Shown here in pieces: positions 1 to 14,163 of a stretch of DNA of 64,000 nt (position 1 is the stretch's first letter; every line of letters begins with the position of its first letter). Location: the NCBI GenBank assembly GCA_964035545.1, contig OZ037766.1:20696767-20760766 (forward strand), read 5' to 3'. This stretch comes from Bugula neritina (Eukaryota; Animalia; Bryozoa). The translations under genes and the position numbers were made by a program. Under the pieces are notes generated by a model. That model had not been told where the DNA came from. It was given only the letters and a program-made list of their open reading frames with translations, and searched no databases.

Positions 1-499
1 TGTTTAGGATCTTACTTCTATAGTAGTTCCATCCTTTATGTAATTGCTTTTGCTTGAGGCAATTTTTTAGTGGACATCTTTCTAATTAACTCACTTTATT
101 CTAAAATAAACAGTTGAAATGACTGGAGTGTTGTTGCTGACAACCAATAGTAATCAATTAAAGTGAAGTTGCATCTCCATATGCTGACTTGTGGGCTGAT
201 TTATGTCCAGGTTCTTGCTGAAATGTTATCACTCTAGGTTACAGTCAATTTGCGAAGAGTCAGTAAGCAGTTATCTGGCACTTGGAATAAAATGTTCTAA
301 AGGTAAGTCAAGTTGCTTTATTTAATTCTGTGTGATATTCAAGTATTACTCTTCACGTAACTTGAGCTAGTTTGGGTTCTTATTCTGTAGTATCTTAAAA
401 TAGTGATGAGAGAAGGCATTAATAGTAATGTATTACTATCAACTAATATGGTGGTAATTGTCATCCCAGGAGTGCAGTATAATTCATATGGTGGTATTG

Positions 500-700
500 A
501 TAACAATAAGTAATAGTAGCACTAGTAGCAGTACTAGTAATAGTGCTAGTAGCAGTAGCAGTACAGTAGTAGCATTAGCAGCAGCAGTAGCAGTAGCAGT
601 AGCAGCAGTAGCAGTAGCAGTAGCAGTATCAGTATCAGTAGCAGTAGTAGTAGCAGTAGCAGTAGCAGTAGCAGTAGCAGTAGCAGTAGTAGTAGTGATG
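500..700. repeat. (AGT/AGC)n trinucleotide microsatellite
   Basis: Run of agtagcagtagcagt...; accounts for the poly-VA/TA/L ORFs at 458-785. Confidence 0.95.
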
Positions 701-1649
701 GTGGATGTTGCAAAGCATTCAAGCAAATAAGTGCAAACACAAATTTTGAAAATGAAATACAGTGAGCATGAAAATGTATCTGCAATAACTACTTAGTATA
801 TTGTGAACAGAAAAATAAAGGCTTCTTTCAGCTGATGGGTTTTAATTTCTAGCCTTGACTTAGTAATAAACCGCTGTTTAAAATGAAAAACATCTTTTTA
901 CATTGAATGTTTCAACTTATGTAGTTACTGACTGTGTAATGTATTTGGCAAGGGTATTTGATTTATTGGAGTTGCCTAACCCTTTTTAAATGCTTTGAGC
1001 AACATTCCTGATTTTTACAAGTGTGCTGCATACCACTACTCTTCATGTCTCTTCCCTTTCAGAATAAGCTGTTACTAAGCTATATCTGTTGTTTTCACAG
1101 CGTGTTTGCACACTTTGCTAAGTCTAACTTCTTCAGTTCATGTGTAAAGCTGTTTGTAAAGTTATTATGTTCTGGTGGGAGAGTTAAGCAGACATTGATT
1201 ATTGGTTGCTGTTAGTCAGGTAAGCTTTTACTGCCTTTTCTCAAACTTTTGCTGCATAGCCATAACGGGATTTTTAATCAGCTTTTTCCCATGACACGAC
1301 TAGTGCAGTCTGTTTTGGCAATAATTTCTAGTAGTTTATACTTGATAAACAAATAGCATGTTTTTAATCTGTGATATTCAGTGTAATAAGTGTGTAAGCT
1401 AAAAAATAAATGTGAAATTACATAATAAAAGCTGAACATGTTCTACCAAACAACCAGAGTTCTAGTGCAGTTAAGACAAATGCATTTGTTATTATACTGT
1501 AGTCCATTGCGTTTGATAACAACAACCTGCTGAGCTTGCCCATATTTGTAATATTATATTGAAAATATTGCTATAAAAACAGCATTGACACGCAGTGCAA
1601 GTAGTTTTTTATTATCACGAGTTTTATAGCGAAGGCATAAAACTGCCAT

Positions 1650-1710
1650 TTGATTGGCTAATTCACTCACTGAATTACGCATGACTCATATGCCTAGCAG
1701 TAGTATAAAT
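1650..1710 (+). promoter_or_regulatory. Putative core promoter of the RGK gene (CCAAT, AP-1, TATA)
   Basis: ATTGG 1653-1657, TGACTCA 1682-1688, TATAAAT 1704-1710. Candidate 5'UTR donors at 1880 (CAG|gtatgt) and 1931; acceptor ttgttgtag| before 2439, just ahead of ATG 2462. Confidence 0.5.
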
Positions 1711-2461
1711 TTCTGTGCAGCTGGACTGCGCTCACAAACTTATTGAAGATTTTAAGGGCAGTACGTGTACTAAGGTTGTATTGTTCAGTGATTAGGAAAA
1801 TCTGTCAACATGTTAGATCATCGCAGCTATCCTGTTGATCCATACCTTCTATGTTATAAACTGCAAAATGTAGTATCAGGTATGTTTTATAAATCAGAAA
1901 ATAATATTTTGAAGGCAAGCTTTGCCAATGGTAAGGTGTTACTAATTGGCTAGCTTTGTAAAGTAATCTAATTGTAAAATATTGACTTTTAGTTATGTCT
2001 CCTCTTTCATGATTAGTCTACTGGTTAAACTTGTATAAACAAGAGGCTATATTTACACACTTTACTCTATTATACAGTTGCATGACATTAACCTAGTATA
2101 TAAGATCGAATAGCTGTAAAAAGTTGTATATCAGTTTAGATTAAAGTAGGCCTAGGCTTAGACCAGCTTTCAGGAGAGAAGAGGTGTGGGCGTGTACAAT
2201 AGAATATTTGCACATTAAAGCAGAGATATACTGTTTACATTGGCACTGAATTACATACCTGCAGTTGGCTGGTAATAATTTTAGCTATCAATTAATATGG
2301 CCTTGTGCAGGCATATACATGCATGCCAAGTGTTTCAGGAAAGTTTATGGATACAGTACTAAAGTTATGTTGATATTATCTTCCAACAGATGTAATAATA
2401 ATCCACTAATTGATAATCTAGCATTTCATTTGTTGTAGGGTGTCTACCAGATAATGCAAAC

Positions 2462-4634
2462 ATGGCTGACGAGTTTGAGTACTTTTCGAGAATTGGTCGG
2501 GGTGAAAGCCGATCACCAGACACTCCTGATACCGAAGTCAAACGAACCACACAGAAAGAGGCCATGTCTACGAGGGCAAAGGAGGGCGTCTGTAGAGTTC
2601 GGTCTGATGGTCAAGACGCCGCAACCGATGAGGCCAACCAGCTAATGAGACCGAGAACTAACAGTATGCCGTCTAAAAGTCACAACCTCAGAGTACGCAA
2701 CTTTCAGACGACAGGAAATAAATTAGAAAACCGAGGTGATACAGTAAAGAGCACATCGCATTGTAGCCTCGCTTCCAGTGGAAATAGCAGTGAAGGACAC
2801 TCAGACTTAGACTCACGACTAGCGTCTAGTAACATTGAAGATACAAATGAAATGTTAAACACTCACAGAATTTTGCTGCTGGGTGCAGATGGTGTGGGCA
2901 AGACTTCACTCACGCACCAATTTCTAACTTCAGATGACTTAACTGGAGCAGAATATCTCGGTAAGTTTAATTTGCTTGTCATCATTACATCAACTCCAAA
3001 TGAAATTTATAGTAATTCTATATCAGTATCTTTAATTTACGTGATGCCTTAGCTGCAGTATTAAAGAACTTTGAAAGCTAATTATTGATTAAGTTAAATG
3101 AGAAGTTTTACTCACTAAACTGTTGAATAGAGAATTTCAAATTTGTTTTAACACTCTATTATGTCAATTAAAACTTAATCAAAATAGCCTGCAACTATTT
3201 TTGAAATGTTAGAAAAGTTTGACAAGCATGATGTGTGTACATGAAGAATAATAATAGAAAATAATACAGAATTCTAACCATGTGCATCAATCTTTTCAGA
3301 TGATGGAGAAGATAAATATTGTACAGTACAATTAGATGGCGAAGAATCATTCCTAATATTTATGGACTCTGTAAGTTCTTAATATCAATCAATAGCATAT
3401 AAATTATAACAAAAAAAGTGTGAGTAAGTTTTGGCAGCAAGCAGTGCAGGTGCCATGATAATAATTCACCATTAACTACACATTTCTTATTTCTGCACAA
3501 ATTAAAGCATATTTTGTTTTTTCTCACCAACTCATCAACACCAAACTAAAGATTACTAGTTCAAATACGCACACACTTTTTACTCATATACATACTTGTT
3601 AATTACAATAACCCATGTTCTTATTGCAGGATTATGACAAGACAACTTATGATCCCAGTCTAGCCAACGCCTACATTGTCGTATACTCCTGCACAGACAG
3701 GGAGTCTTTCAAAGAAGCTCGAGGGCTTCTCAAAAATATCAGACATTTCGAAAAATCTAAAGCTATTATTCTCTGCGGCAACAAAAGTGATCTAGTCAGA
3801 AAAAGAACAGTACTGCCAGAAGGTAAGGGCTCTAATGTCAAACTCTATATGAGCAGAAACAACTGTATTACAGAGAGATGCTTATAGATGAGCTAGAATT
3901 GTTTGATGAGACAGTGTAACTGAAATTTTCGATAACTGCAACTGAAGTTAAAAATAGAGTGTATAACCAAGTTGCAACCAGCATAACTTGTATGAGCCTG
4001 CTACTAGGGGGATATATTAGGGGTTAATGCCTTTGACACTGCCACCATAACTTACCAATATTTAATAGCGGTATTCTCTTTTTAGACGAAGTTGAGCCTT
4101 TTAATTATGCACATAAGATGTTGTTAGTCGAGCAAAAACCCTATTAATTATAATATACGTGCAATTAATATTTCTGTAGCTCGTTCTGGTAAAAACGTTT
4201 TAATATCACTGTAAACCTACTTTAGAATGATTTTAAGAGTAGTAGTAGCAGCTAACATAATGCTAATTAATGAAAAGCTTGATTCAGTTTAGTTTTGGTA
4301 GTTCAATGACATGGATTAGCTATGCTAAACTAAGTATTTCTATGATCATATCGTATTTTGCAGTATGTTTAGTTTTCGATTGATCGTTTTTTTAGAAGGC
4401 AAGCAGTTGGCGAATGACTATGGAGCAAAATTTACTGAAACTTCCACAATGCTCAACCACAAAGTTGACAATCTGCTAGTTGGCATTTTATCTCAAATTA
4501 AAGAGCAATCTTTAAAAGGCATGAAGAAGCATAGCAAGGGTACCGGCTTTCGAAAATCAGTCAAAGGAATCGTTGGTAAAATTGTGCAGCGAGGTTCTGG
4601 GAAGAAAAACTCATCCTCAGCTCCATCAAGCTAA
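2462..4634 (+). CDS. RGK-family (Rem/Rad/Gem-Kir) Ras-like small GTPase, about 333 aa, 4 coding exons
   Basis: Exons 2462-2960, 3300-3370, 3630-3822, 4396-4634 (GT-AG, phases 1,0,1; 1002 nt). G1 GADGVGKT, LDGEES, AYIVVYS, G4 GNKSDLVR, G5 ETS..LNHKVDNLLVGI (RGK-like). Long Ser-rich N-terminus with RTNSMP (14-3-3-type site); polybasic C-tail. Confidence 0.9.
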
Positions 4635-4917
4635 TTGTCTGTTGCAAACTCTTTCAGCTTAATCTTTTTTCTACTTATATTTATGTACACACTTCAGCGA
4701 ATTTTAAAAGCTGTATAACATTTATTCGTATTATTTAGGAATTGCAATTAATTAATTTTTGTAAATATGTTTAGTAACTAAATTAACAGTTTTATTTATC
4801 TTTTAAATATTATAATATGATCTTATATTTGAACTGACACTAGCTTATTTATATTTATTTGAAGAATCAGAAAATTAAGTTCATGCCATGCAAGTTTCTT
4901 AATAACGATTTTGTATA

Positions 4918-4923
4918 AATAAA
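4918..4923 (+). terminator. Polyadenylation signal of the RGK gene
   Basis: AATAAA about 285 nt after the stop, following an AU-rich 3'UTR. Confidence 0.55.
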
Positions 4924-5624
4924 ATGACATTAACTATAATGAAAAACTATTGTATTAGTTGAATACAAATTAAAAGAGAAAAACAGATTATTTGTCATTT
5001 AGTTGCAGCACTAAAAACTTCCAGTAGACCAAATTTTTTAAATCTTTGGTTAAACGAAATTTGCCTTCAACTATCTGATAAGCATCATTCATATTTTTCA
5101 AACATATTATTTGGTACAGAGTGTGCCAGCATGTTCTTGTAACATGAATTTGCAATAAAATTAAGAGCTTGTAAGAAACATACCCTTGTTGAAGTTACAG
5201 CTACATTGACAATAATTCGTCACAAAAAAATGCCCAAATCATCATAAATGCTATGACTATTTTCAAAAAATGAATAAGCTTTTAACACTTGAGGTATTCT
5301 GGTACTTAAATGATGTACATTCTCCCATATTGAACAAGATCACTAAATCTTATTAGCTCAAAAACTTAAAGTATCCCACTGCTAGGCTACTTAACACGTA
5401 CTGTCTATTTTAAGAATTCTTGTATTACACATCAACATAATTAAGTTTTCTTCCTAAAGCCATTCCTGTATCTGTTTGGTTTGTCTCTAAATATACTAAT
5501 ATTCAGCAAGTGCTAGAGACAGTGCTTCTCTATATAATTATATTAATAGAAGGGCAAACCATCTGCCAATTTATTTCCCTGGTAGTTGCTGTATAAGTAG
5601 GTCCATAACCCCTCTGTGAGAGGT

Positions 5625-5770
5625 AGGGGCAGTAATGAAGAAATTGAGAAAAGCATGTGTTCTAGATTAGATGTGTAGCAAAAGAATTATGTTCTTGCAA
5701 AAATTTCAGCCCGCGCCTTAAACCAAAATCTATAAAAAAGTTTGAAGAACTTGGGCTAGCTTAATTTCTC
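5625..5770 (+). repeat. Dispersed repeat of about 150 bp (copy 1; probable transposon relic)
   Basis: Aligns with the reverse complement of 53767-53912 (gcagtaa..gaaattgagaaaagc.tgtgttctagat..tatgttct..aaaccaaaat..aagaactt.ggcta.cttaatttctc). Confidence 0.8.
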
Positions 5771-8700
5771 TTCTCTGCTTCTAAATGGAGGTCTCTGTAA
5801 GTCACTTGAACAGTTTCAATAATCTCAGAAGGCTGGCTACTGCTGCCTAGGGTTTAACATTGTATCACAGTGAATATGAAATATTTTTGAGGTATAAAAT
5901 GGTATTGTACTAGCAGTGGTTAGTAGAAGCATTAGTCCCATCATCTGTGAATTCTTCTCCTTAGAATGAAAAAAAACTTTTTTTATGGATACTTCATCAT
6001 GTATATTTTCCATCAAAGAGTTATAACAACCATATTTATGCAAGCTCACTACTGCAGCATTACTTTTTTGAATGTCTACTAGATGCTGCCATTTGTAATG
6101 GAGGTAAATTGTACCTACGTCAAATATTAGGCATGAATTGCACAGACTGTAATTCAAACTATAGAGACACTAAACACCTTTAGAATCAGCAGTGTATTGT
6201 CAACTTATATAAAGACTCTTTAGGCAACTTGTTGTGTCAAGATCAGGTCATATCATCATAGAAGTATGGAATGTTCAGCTATTTCTAGTTGGCAATGAGC
6301 CATATCCTGATACACCTACACTTTCTTCTTCCACAAACAGGATAAATATTATGTAGTGGGTGGCATCCATAAAAACATGACACACCTGAGTGCATTTGAC
6401 GGCCCATTCTAGAATGTGCCCTGCTAGCACGTTGTTTGTATCTGATCTGTATTGAATTTATAGTCACCCATCACTAAATCTAGAACTCCAATAAATTGTG
6501 AAGCTATGGAGCGCCCTTTAAAATTTTTCTGACTGTATAAATAACATGCCAAGCAGTGGCTATATAATAGAGAAATGAAGAGAAATATTACTCAACAAGT
6601 ATAATAAAAAGTCATATTGATTTCCAAGCTTTTTAAACTAGTGATACTTCCATTAAACTACATTTCTAAAAATCATACAGCCCCATTATGAAACACCATC
6701 AGTCTTGATCAATTTCATGTACGCAGGGCAGCCTGTACATAACTCAGTTTAAAGTAACTATTGAATATTCAGGACGACAATTTTGCACGTGTTGCTTTTT
6801 GTAAATCATGGGGGCTGAAACGTGAAGCTCACGTGTACAAGTGCAAGCGTGAGTCAGCCATTGGTGCGTAACATACATCCTGTTAGAAGGAATTATAGTG
6901 GTAGAAAGGCATGAGTTCAGAAGTTAAAAAGGGTTATAAAACATATAGACACATCCTTTCACCAGTTCGAAACTCTTACTCACTATGATAACATACTATT
7001 TGTGAAATATTAAGCATCAATTTTGACATTGCATAAATACGAAAATGGAGGTTGACGTTTTGTAACATTTTGTTGCTGTTGTATGCAGAATATATTTTTA
7101 CTTTACTCTTCAATCCATCAGAATGTAATATGAAAACATTATTTTGTGTCATGTCAATAAAAACATGAGTTTGCTTAAAATTGCTCTTCCGCTAAATTAA
7201 AGCCTGCCTATGCTGTAATGTTTTTGTGGGTATAAATAAGTGTGAAGTTTTATTTATACATGCTCACTATTATATATAGCGATGAGCGTAAGTATATTTT
7301 CTCTAGAAAGCAGTCAGCAGCCGTTAACAATTAGAATGTAACATAATTATAACTAAGTAACTTTTGACCAATGAGCAAACTCTATCAGATGTTCCACTAG
7401 TACTCAGCTGTCTGTCCATCAGTATTTCAGTTCTTGTTTTGGTGTTTTTAGTACAGTTTTGGTGACAACTGCATGTCGGCACATGCTGGTAACATCTCGT
7501 ATATTCTGGTAAATGCTGTTATATATTTATACATATGCATTGATTGTGCCTTGGTAAAACCTGCATTTTTATATCTAGACAAAGCTTTTGTGATATATGT
7601 TGGAGAGATTGGCAATTTTATCTTTATAGCCCTTTTATTCAAGTTTCTTAGCACCCTAATATTATGCCATGGTCCATTACAATATAGTTTCTTGCCACCA
7701 TCTAACCATAATGAATGTAGATAGACCCTTAGCTAAGACTGGATTCAGATAGGAAAATATAATATAAAGGAAGATCATCATCATCATATTTTCACTTGTA
7801 TTTTAAGCAATGATTAAGAAGTACAATTTTAGTGAAAATGTTGTGAAATGAAAGCACCAGTATCACCAGCTACATATACTAGCTGTTATGGACGTACCAT
7901 CTTTTGACTTTAGATTTTGTGTTGCAAGAGTTCTGTATATTATTAAATGAAAGCCTCACAAAATATTCTTCTTATTATGTGTAACCTTTCAGAAATGCAA
8001 GACTGTAAAAAGAAAACAAAACATAATGTTGCGCATAAAATAACTCATCAACTTGAAATATAGACATAGTAAAAATATGCATGCAACAAACAAATACATT
8101 AATGCCTGGGGGCATTGAAGCTATATAATAAATGCATAATATTACTATGCAAATAGTTCCTTTTAAAAATACAATTGTCCCACATTTGCATCGGGTTATG
8201 GGTGCTTTGGGATTAAGGGAGGGAGACAATGTTTCTTGGTGGAGACATTTATATAAGACTGTTGCTATATTTATATTAAACCACCCACTCCAGCATGTAT
8301 GCATATATTATAAATTATGTTATGCTATTTTTTCTCCTCCCAATATAAATGATACAGTGTTTAATTTACATGGGAAAAGCGAAAATGTTTATTCACTTGA
8401 TAATTGATTATAAAATATTGAAATAGATCTTCTAACCGCTGAAGTTTTATATGTATATTTATGAACTTATATTTGTAATATAGTCAATAATATGTATATT
8501 ACAATAAATCATGCCCTTTGACCAATTTTAAATACATAAATAAATAAATAAACATTGTGATAAATAAAATCTTTTAAATACATAAATAAACATTATGATA
8601 AAATATAAAATAGAAACCTAGAAATGAAAAGTTTAAAAAAATAATAGCCAAAGTTATAGAGCAGCTAAAAATTTGGATTTTGAGTAGCTTTTGAAATGTT

Positions 8701-11700
8701 ATATGATTTATTTTATAGGATTATTAGAGGTTCTTATACGCTGTGTAATATAAAGACAACTAAAGGATAAAGGCTCACGGTCAGGGCAGAAAAACAAATA
8801 CAGTGATTAATGGGTTAAATTCATTGACCCGTTTGAAACGCAAAAATAGATTGTTGAGTTGGATTATTATAAATCACAGAACTCTTTCAAGCATGAAAAT
8901 CTTCATTTGTACGCTTGTGCGTAGGTGTTACAAGACGCAAATGTGTAAAAATATTGACAATCACATTATTGAATAAAAGCTGTTGCAGTAGAAAATAGAT
9001 TTACTTTTATTGAGTTACATTCAAGTGAATTAGATGACATTCTGACCTCATCACATAGCTTTGTCTTCTATTCAGTTGGTGAAGTGCACCATAAGTACCT
9101 TGTTTTTGTTCACGTGAAGCAAATGTTTTAGCTGTTACGGCAGCGGCATCAACAACACTGTGGGTGACTCAGGGGACAAGCACTCGTGGCAGCTTGTTTC
9201 ACTGAATGAGTGATTGCAAACAACGCTTAGGTCTTAGTATCATTCAAACGTTAGAACTTAAACAGAGACATAAAATTAATATATACGTACTGCCAAAAAT
9301 TAGCCAATATTAAATTATGAGTCAGACTAAACTGCTAATTATATTTATAAGTTGTCCACAATTGGTTCAAAATTTATTTTAAAGTTTCTACTCATAGCAC
9401 CAGACTACTCTATGATTAACATGGACCTGCTGCATGTAATATTTTGTGCCTAAATCTGCCGATCAGAAAGTAAAACCAAGACGCAGTTTTTGAAGTTGTC
9501 AGTTAATAAACTAATACATGGCTATATAAGAATTGTGTTTTTTTTATTTTATAGATAATAAAGAGTTACAAATACTGCTTGGAGGTTGACATATCTAACA
9601 ACATTGGGAACTCAACATTTTGGCATGCATGGCAATCTTTAAACAATGTTTAAAACATAAAAAACATTTAGATAAATTGACAACCTATTAGTCATACTAA
9701 TCGCTGCTGGTATCTACTTCAAGTTGGCAGACTGCCGTGTATTTTATACCTGAACTTGAGTATTTTTTACACCTCGTGGAAAAAAACGTGACATGCACGG
9801 TTGCCTTGCAGTAACACATATTTTTATAATTACATGGTATAATACAAAGCAGTCCTAATATAAGCTTGCAACGCTACAATTATAAGGGTGGATGACATGT
9901 TATAATAAGTGAATGCCACATAACTCATCAATTTGGCTGTAATTTTTGTTCCTCTTACTTGACCAGCATAAAGATGACAAAATTCATTATTATATCATTA
10001 GAAGTCAACTTAAGCCATTATACTTACTTATGAACCATTTGCTCATATAAAAATGTGTTAGGAAAGACTTATTGGCCATATTGTACTGGCTACACTAACT
10101 GTTGTTATTCCAAGTCTAAAAGCAATATTTTTGCCCTCCCAGCTATAATTTCACGTTTATGTGGTTTAATACAGCTTATATGAAATTGCGGCCTCATTGC
10201 CTCTTAAAAAGACTTTGCCATAAATTTGATTGATGCAGTATATGTAACATTTTAAGTTGACCATATTTGTTCATCTTTGTACATTTGAGTCTTGGTGCAA
10301 CTGCATCAGCCATTAGCCAATGGCCAGTGTTTATTATAAGAATGCACCAATCTAGCACTTCATATGATAGCTTCCTTTGCGCAAGTAAAACAGCTTTAGA
10401 AAAAGTTTTATTTACATGCACTTACTTTTTAGTACATACTCTCATTGTTATTAGCTAGTTGGATATGCCACAGGGGTTTATATACTCCACAGAACTAAAT
10501 GTAGTAAATATACAATTACTGAGCCTTTTGCCTTGTGAGTAAAAGTATGATGAGAGTACAGCTAGTATCTGTTACGTAGTACACACCATATTATATTACC
10601 TGCATGCAGTGGTGTGTGCTATTGTGAGAAAAATTATGAGAGCAAAAATTTAGGTGTTGCCTAATACTTATACAATAAACATCTTTATCTCAATTCCTAG
10701 AAAAAGCTTATCATATACTATATGTCCTCTAATAAATTTGAATTAATAACACAACAGGCTAAAGCAGCCTTTATGATTGCTTCAAATTTTGATTAAAACC
10801 AAAATTTAAGACAAGTGATGTGAGTAACCTTGACCTTCACATTAAGTTAAGCATTTATCTATGCTACGACCTTATATACAAGCTTTACATGTGAAAATTG
10901 AAAAACACTTCTATAGAAAGGTCATGAGTTTTTAACTTCTTTTGTGAAAGAGTAACAGAGGTGAATAAATGTTCTTTCATTTATTCGTCAACAAAACAAA
11001 TAATTTTGTATATTGCTTAAGATGTTACTGAAACAGATTCAGCCGTTAGTCACTATTATAGCTATATTATTTCTAAACATGTCATGAGCTAAGCTCAAGG
11101 TTGTTTTGACACAAGAAAAGGAACCCAAAGTCTATATCACTGCTTGATACACCTGCTAAATCTCCATTCTGGGCACCTATAGAGGTCTAGTAAAATGTCC
11201 ATATCTCTTTCTCAATTACAACAAAACAAAGTAATTTACATTATGATTTTATTGTACTGTGATTGCAGGGCGTTGAATATCCTACAATATCGTAATTTAT
11301 TGCTGATCACTGTCGGAGTTGAGCATAACTTGAATGCTTTAAGATAATTGTTGAGCACCTCACTAGCAAGGTAAATTATAAATACTCTAGAAGTTTAAAG
11401 CTGGAATAATGTGGAAAGATTTTGATCACCTCTACCCAATTAGTTTAAAGGATAAAATGTGTCATTTGGTATTTTCCACAAGGATATTCGGATACTATGG
11501 AATAACATAATACTATTAAGTTACTACTATATTCATTGCTGTGGATGACTCCATTGTAATATTTATTGCGTAAATGCACATAAATTAGTTGTGACATAAG
11601 CTGGCTCTTACGCTTGAGATCAGAGAGAATTTTATAAATATATAAAATATTACGCTTATTGGCATGATGGGAGGAGTTTTTAAAGTTTTATACAAAACTA

Positions 11701-12139
11701 TTCTTGCATGACTACTACTACTATTCCATAAACTGCAAGCTGGGCAATTTACTTAACTTGAAAAACCTTAAGTCATATCAGATTATATAAATTCTATAAA
11801 TTTATAATGAAAGCAGAAAATCTTACCCCTGTTTAAAGATAACCTGTTTCATACTTTATATTAACTTGCATATAGGAGCCTTTTTACTGATGTGTTGGCT
11901 CAATGTGCCCTACAGTTAGTAGATAAAAGCAATATTTGGCATTGCATAACCTTATTTTGTAGACATCTACAATCACCAAATTGGTCAATCAAATTACCAT
12001 GCCAAATATTGCATGGTACAATTATTCAAGTATTTTTATATACTTTGTTATTATAATTATGTTGCAGGAGAAGTTTTTGTGACTGTCTATTTTGTTTGTG
12101 TTTCATGAATATTTGCTTATATGCATACATGTGAACTTG

Positions 12140-12372
12140 CTACTACTACCACTACTACTACTACTACCACCACTACTACTACCACTATCACTACCACTAC
12201 TACCCCTACCAATACTACTACTACCACCACTACCACTACTACTACCACTACTACTACCATTACCACTACTACCACCACTACCACTACCACTACTACCACT
12301 CCTACTACCACTACTACCACCACTACCGCTACTACTACCACTACCACTACTACCACCACTACTACTACATTA
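12140..12372. repeat. (ACT/ACC)n trinucleotide microsatellite
   Basis: tactactaccactactacta...; source of the poly-T/V/LP ORFs. Confidence 0.97.
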
Positions 12373-14163
12373 CTGCTTAAAATTGGGGCTCTCAAAATCT
12401 AAAACAGACTAAAGCATGCAGGCTTGCAGTTGCTGTCTGTTCTAGTCGTTTGCTATTATTTTTGGCATCTCTCCATATGTATTACTATAAATAGCAGCAA
12501 AATTAACAATTCTTTCAAGCAGCTATGTTTGAACATGTGTCTTGGAATTTAGTAAACAAATGCAAATTATATATGCAGACCTACTTATTTCAACAGCTTA
12601 TAAGCATGGTGGGGATTATTACCAATTAAAATGTAAGGTTTGCCATGTGGAAGGGATGATGACGTAAAAATAATTGTAGAGCAGACAGCATCAAGTTTCT
12701 CTTCAACTGATTGTTTGAGTTACACTCAAAGTCGTTTGTAAATCAGTGAACGAGCTACTTATTGTAAGAGCCTAACAAACATGAATCTAGACAAATTGCA
12801 CAAATATTACAATAACAAAAGATTATGCTGCAAAACATCCTCGAAATAACAAGGACTATAACAGGAGTCTTGCGTAAACTGGAGTAACCATTCAAGCTTC
12901 ACTAGATTCTGGGCTATTGCTTGCTACACATAAGTTGATTATAGATTCCTAAAGATACTAACTAACCATGCAAAAATGTTTAGAAACCTGAGTCTAAATC
13001 CTTAGAAAGCTTTAACTGGTGACCAAAAATCTAAAATTTAGTAAACTCAATATTTTGCTTTGAGCTATAACGTAATTGCTCATCTTTTTGAACACTAGTC
13101 AACAACTTAAAGCCCACCACATGGTAACAATGCTGCCTGTCTCTGTTTGCTCACATGTTTTTCAATGTTTCTAATTTATTTAAAAACAAGCCAAGGACAT
13201 TGACACTACAAAATAGCTGGCTTCCAGACAACTAGTATTTTGAGAAACTATTACGTATATTTATAAATACTTGCCACACAACAAATTAAAATAATATTGA
13301 AACTGCATTTAGTGAAAGCACATGTGTTGCCAGAGCATGTGGGAATATGCAGTCTCTCTCAAAGCGGCTAGCATACAAACATGTTGCTATAGCAACAGTA
13401 ATTTATCTTGTTCAAGTCAATCACACTGCGTCATTACACAAAGCACTGCCCAAAAACACAGACGGTTTATTTATAATTTTACATTACAAAATGCCAATTT
13501 TTTTCAATATTTATAGTACTACTATACAAGAATTGATGGTAAATAATATTTGATGATATTTTTGACCCCAATATTGAGTTTGACTGAATACAGAGCTAAT
13601 TGAGATATAATATACAGCTTCTATGAAGCATAACATTGTTTGCTTACTAAACTCTAAAAATTATTTCTAAAAATAGCAGTCTAAAGCAAAGAGTATATAT
13701 AATAAAATATAGGCAAAATTTATTTAACCATCATTTCTAAATATAGCACAAGCAACTTTTGATAAAACAAATGTAAATGTAAATGTATATTTAGAACAAT
13801 TATATATTATAAAATTAATAGAGTTGGCCTTTTCAAATTAAAAAGCTATATCAAATACTACAGAAGGACTGTGTAAAATAATTGTTTCAGCAACGATCAT
13901 GATGCCTAACTATATGAAATACTTAGTGTACTGCAATAAGTAAAAATACGTAACCTAAAGCAAGAAAATCGTTTGTATAAAAGTTAATAGGAAAGCATGT
14001 GTATAAAAATGAATAAGAAAACACAGCCAATGCATAGCACCAATGGCCTCATCTACTTCACACAACTAAGAAGCACTAGTGATAAGTCAGCTGATTTCTG
14101 CAAGCAGGCAGCGAGAAGTTTCACCTGGAGATTTCACACATTCTTCGGAGAAGGCAGCAGTCA

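Noticed and set aside
458-785. Poly-Val/Ala, poly-Thr/Ala and poly-Leu ORFs
   Set aside because: Translations of a trinucleotide microsatellite; no splice or domain support
12092-12412. Mucin-like poly-Thr and poly-Leu/Pro ORFs
   Set aside because: Open in several frames only because of the (ACT/ACC)n repeat; no signal peptide or linked coding exons
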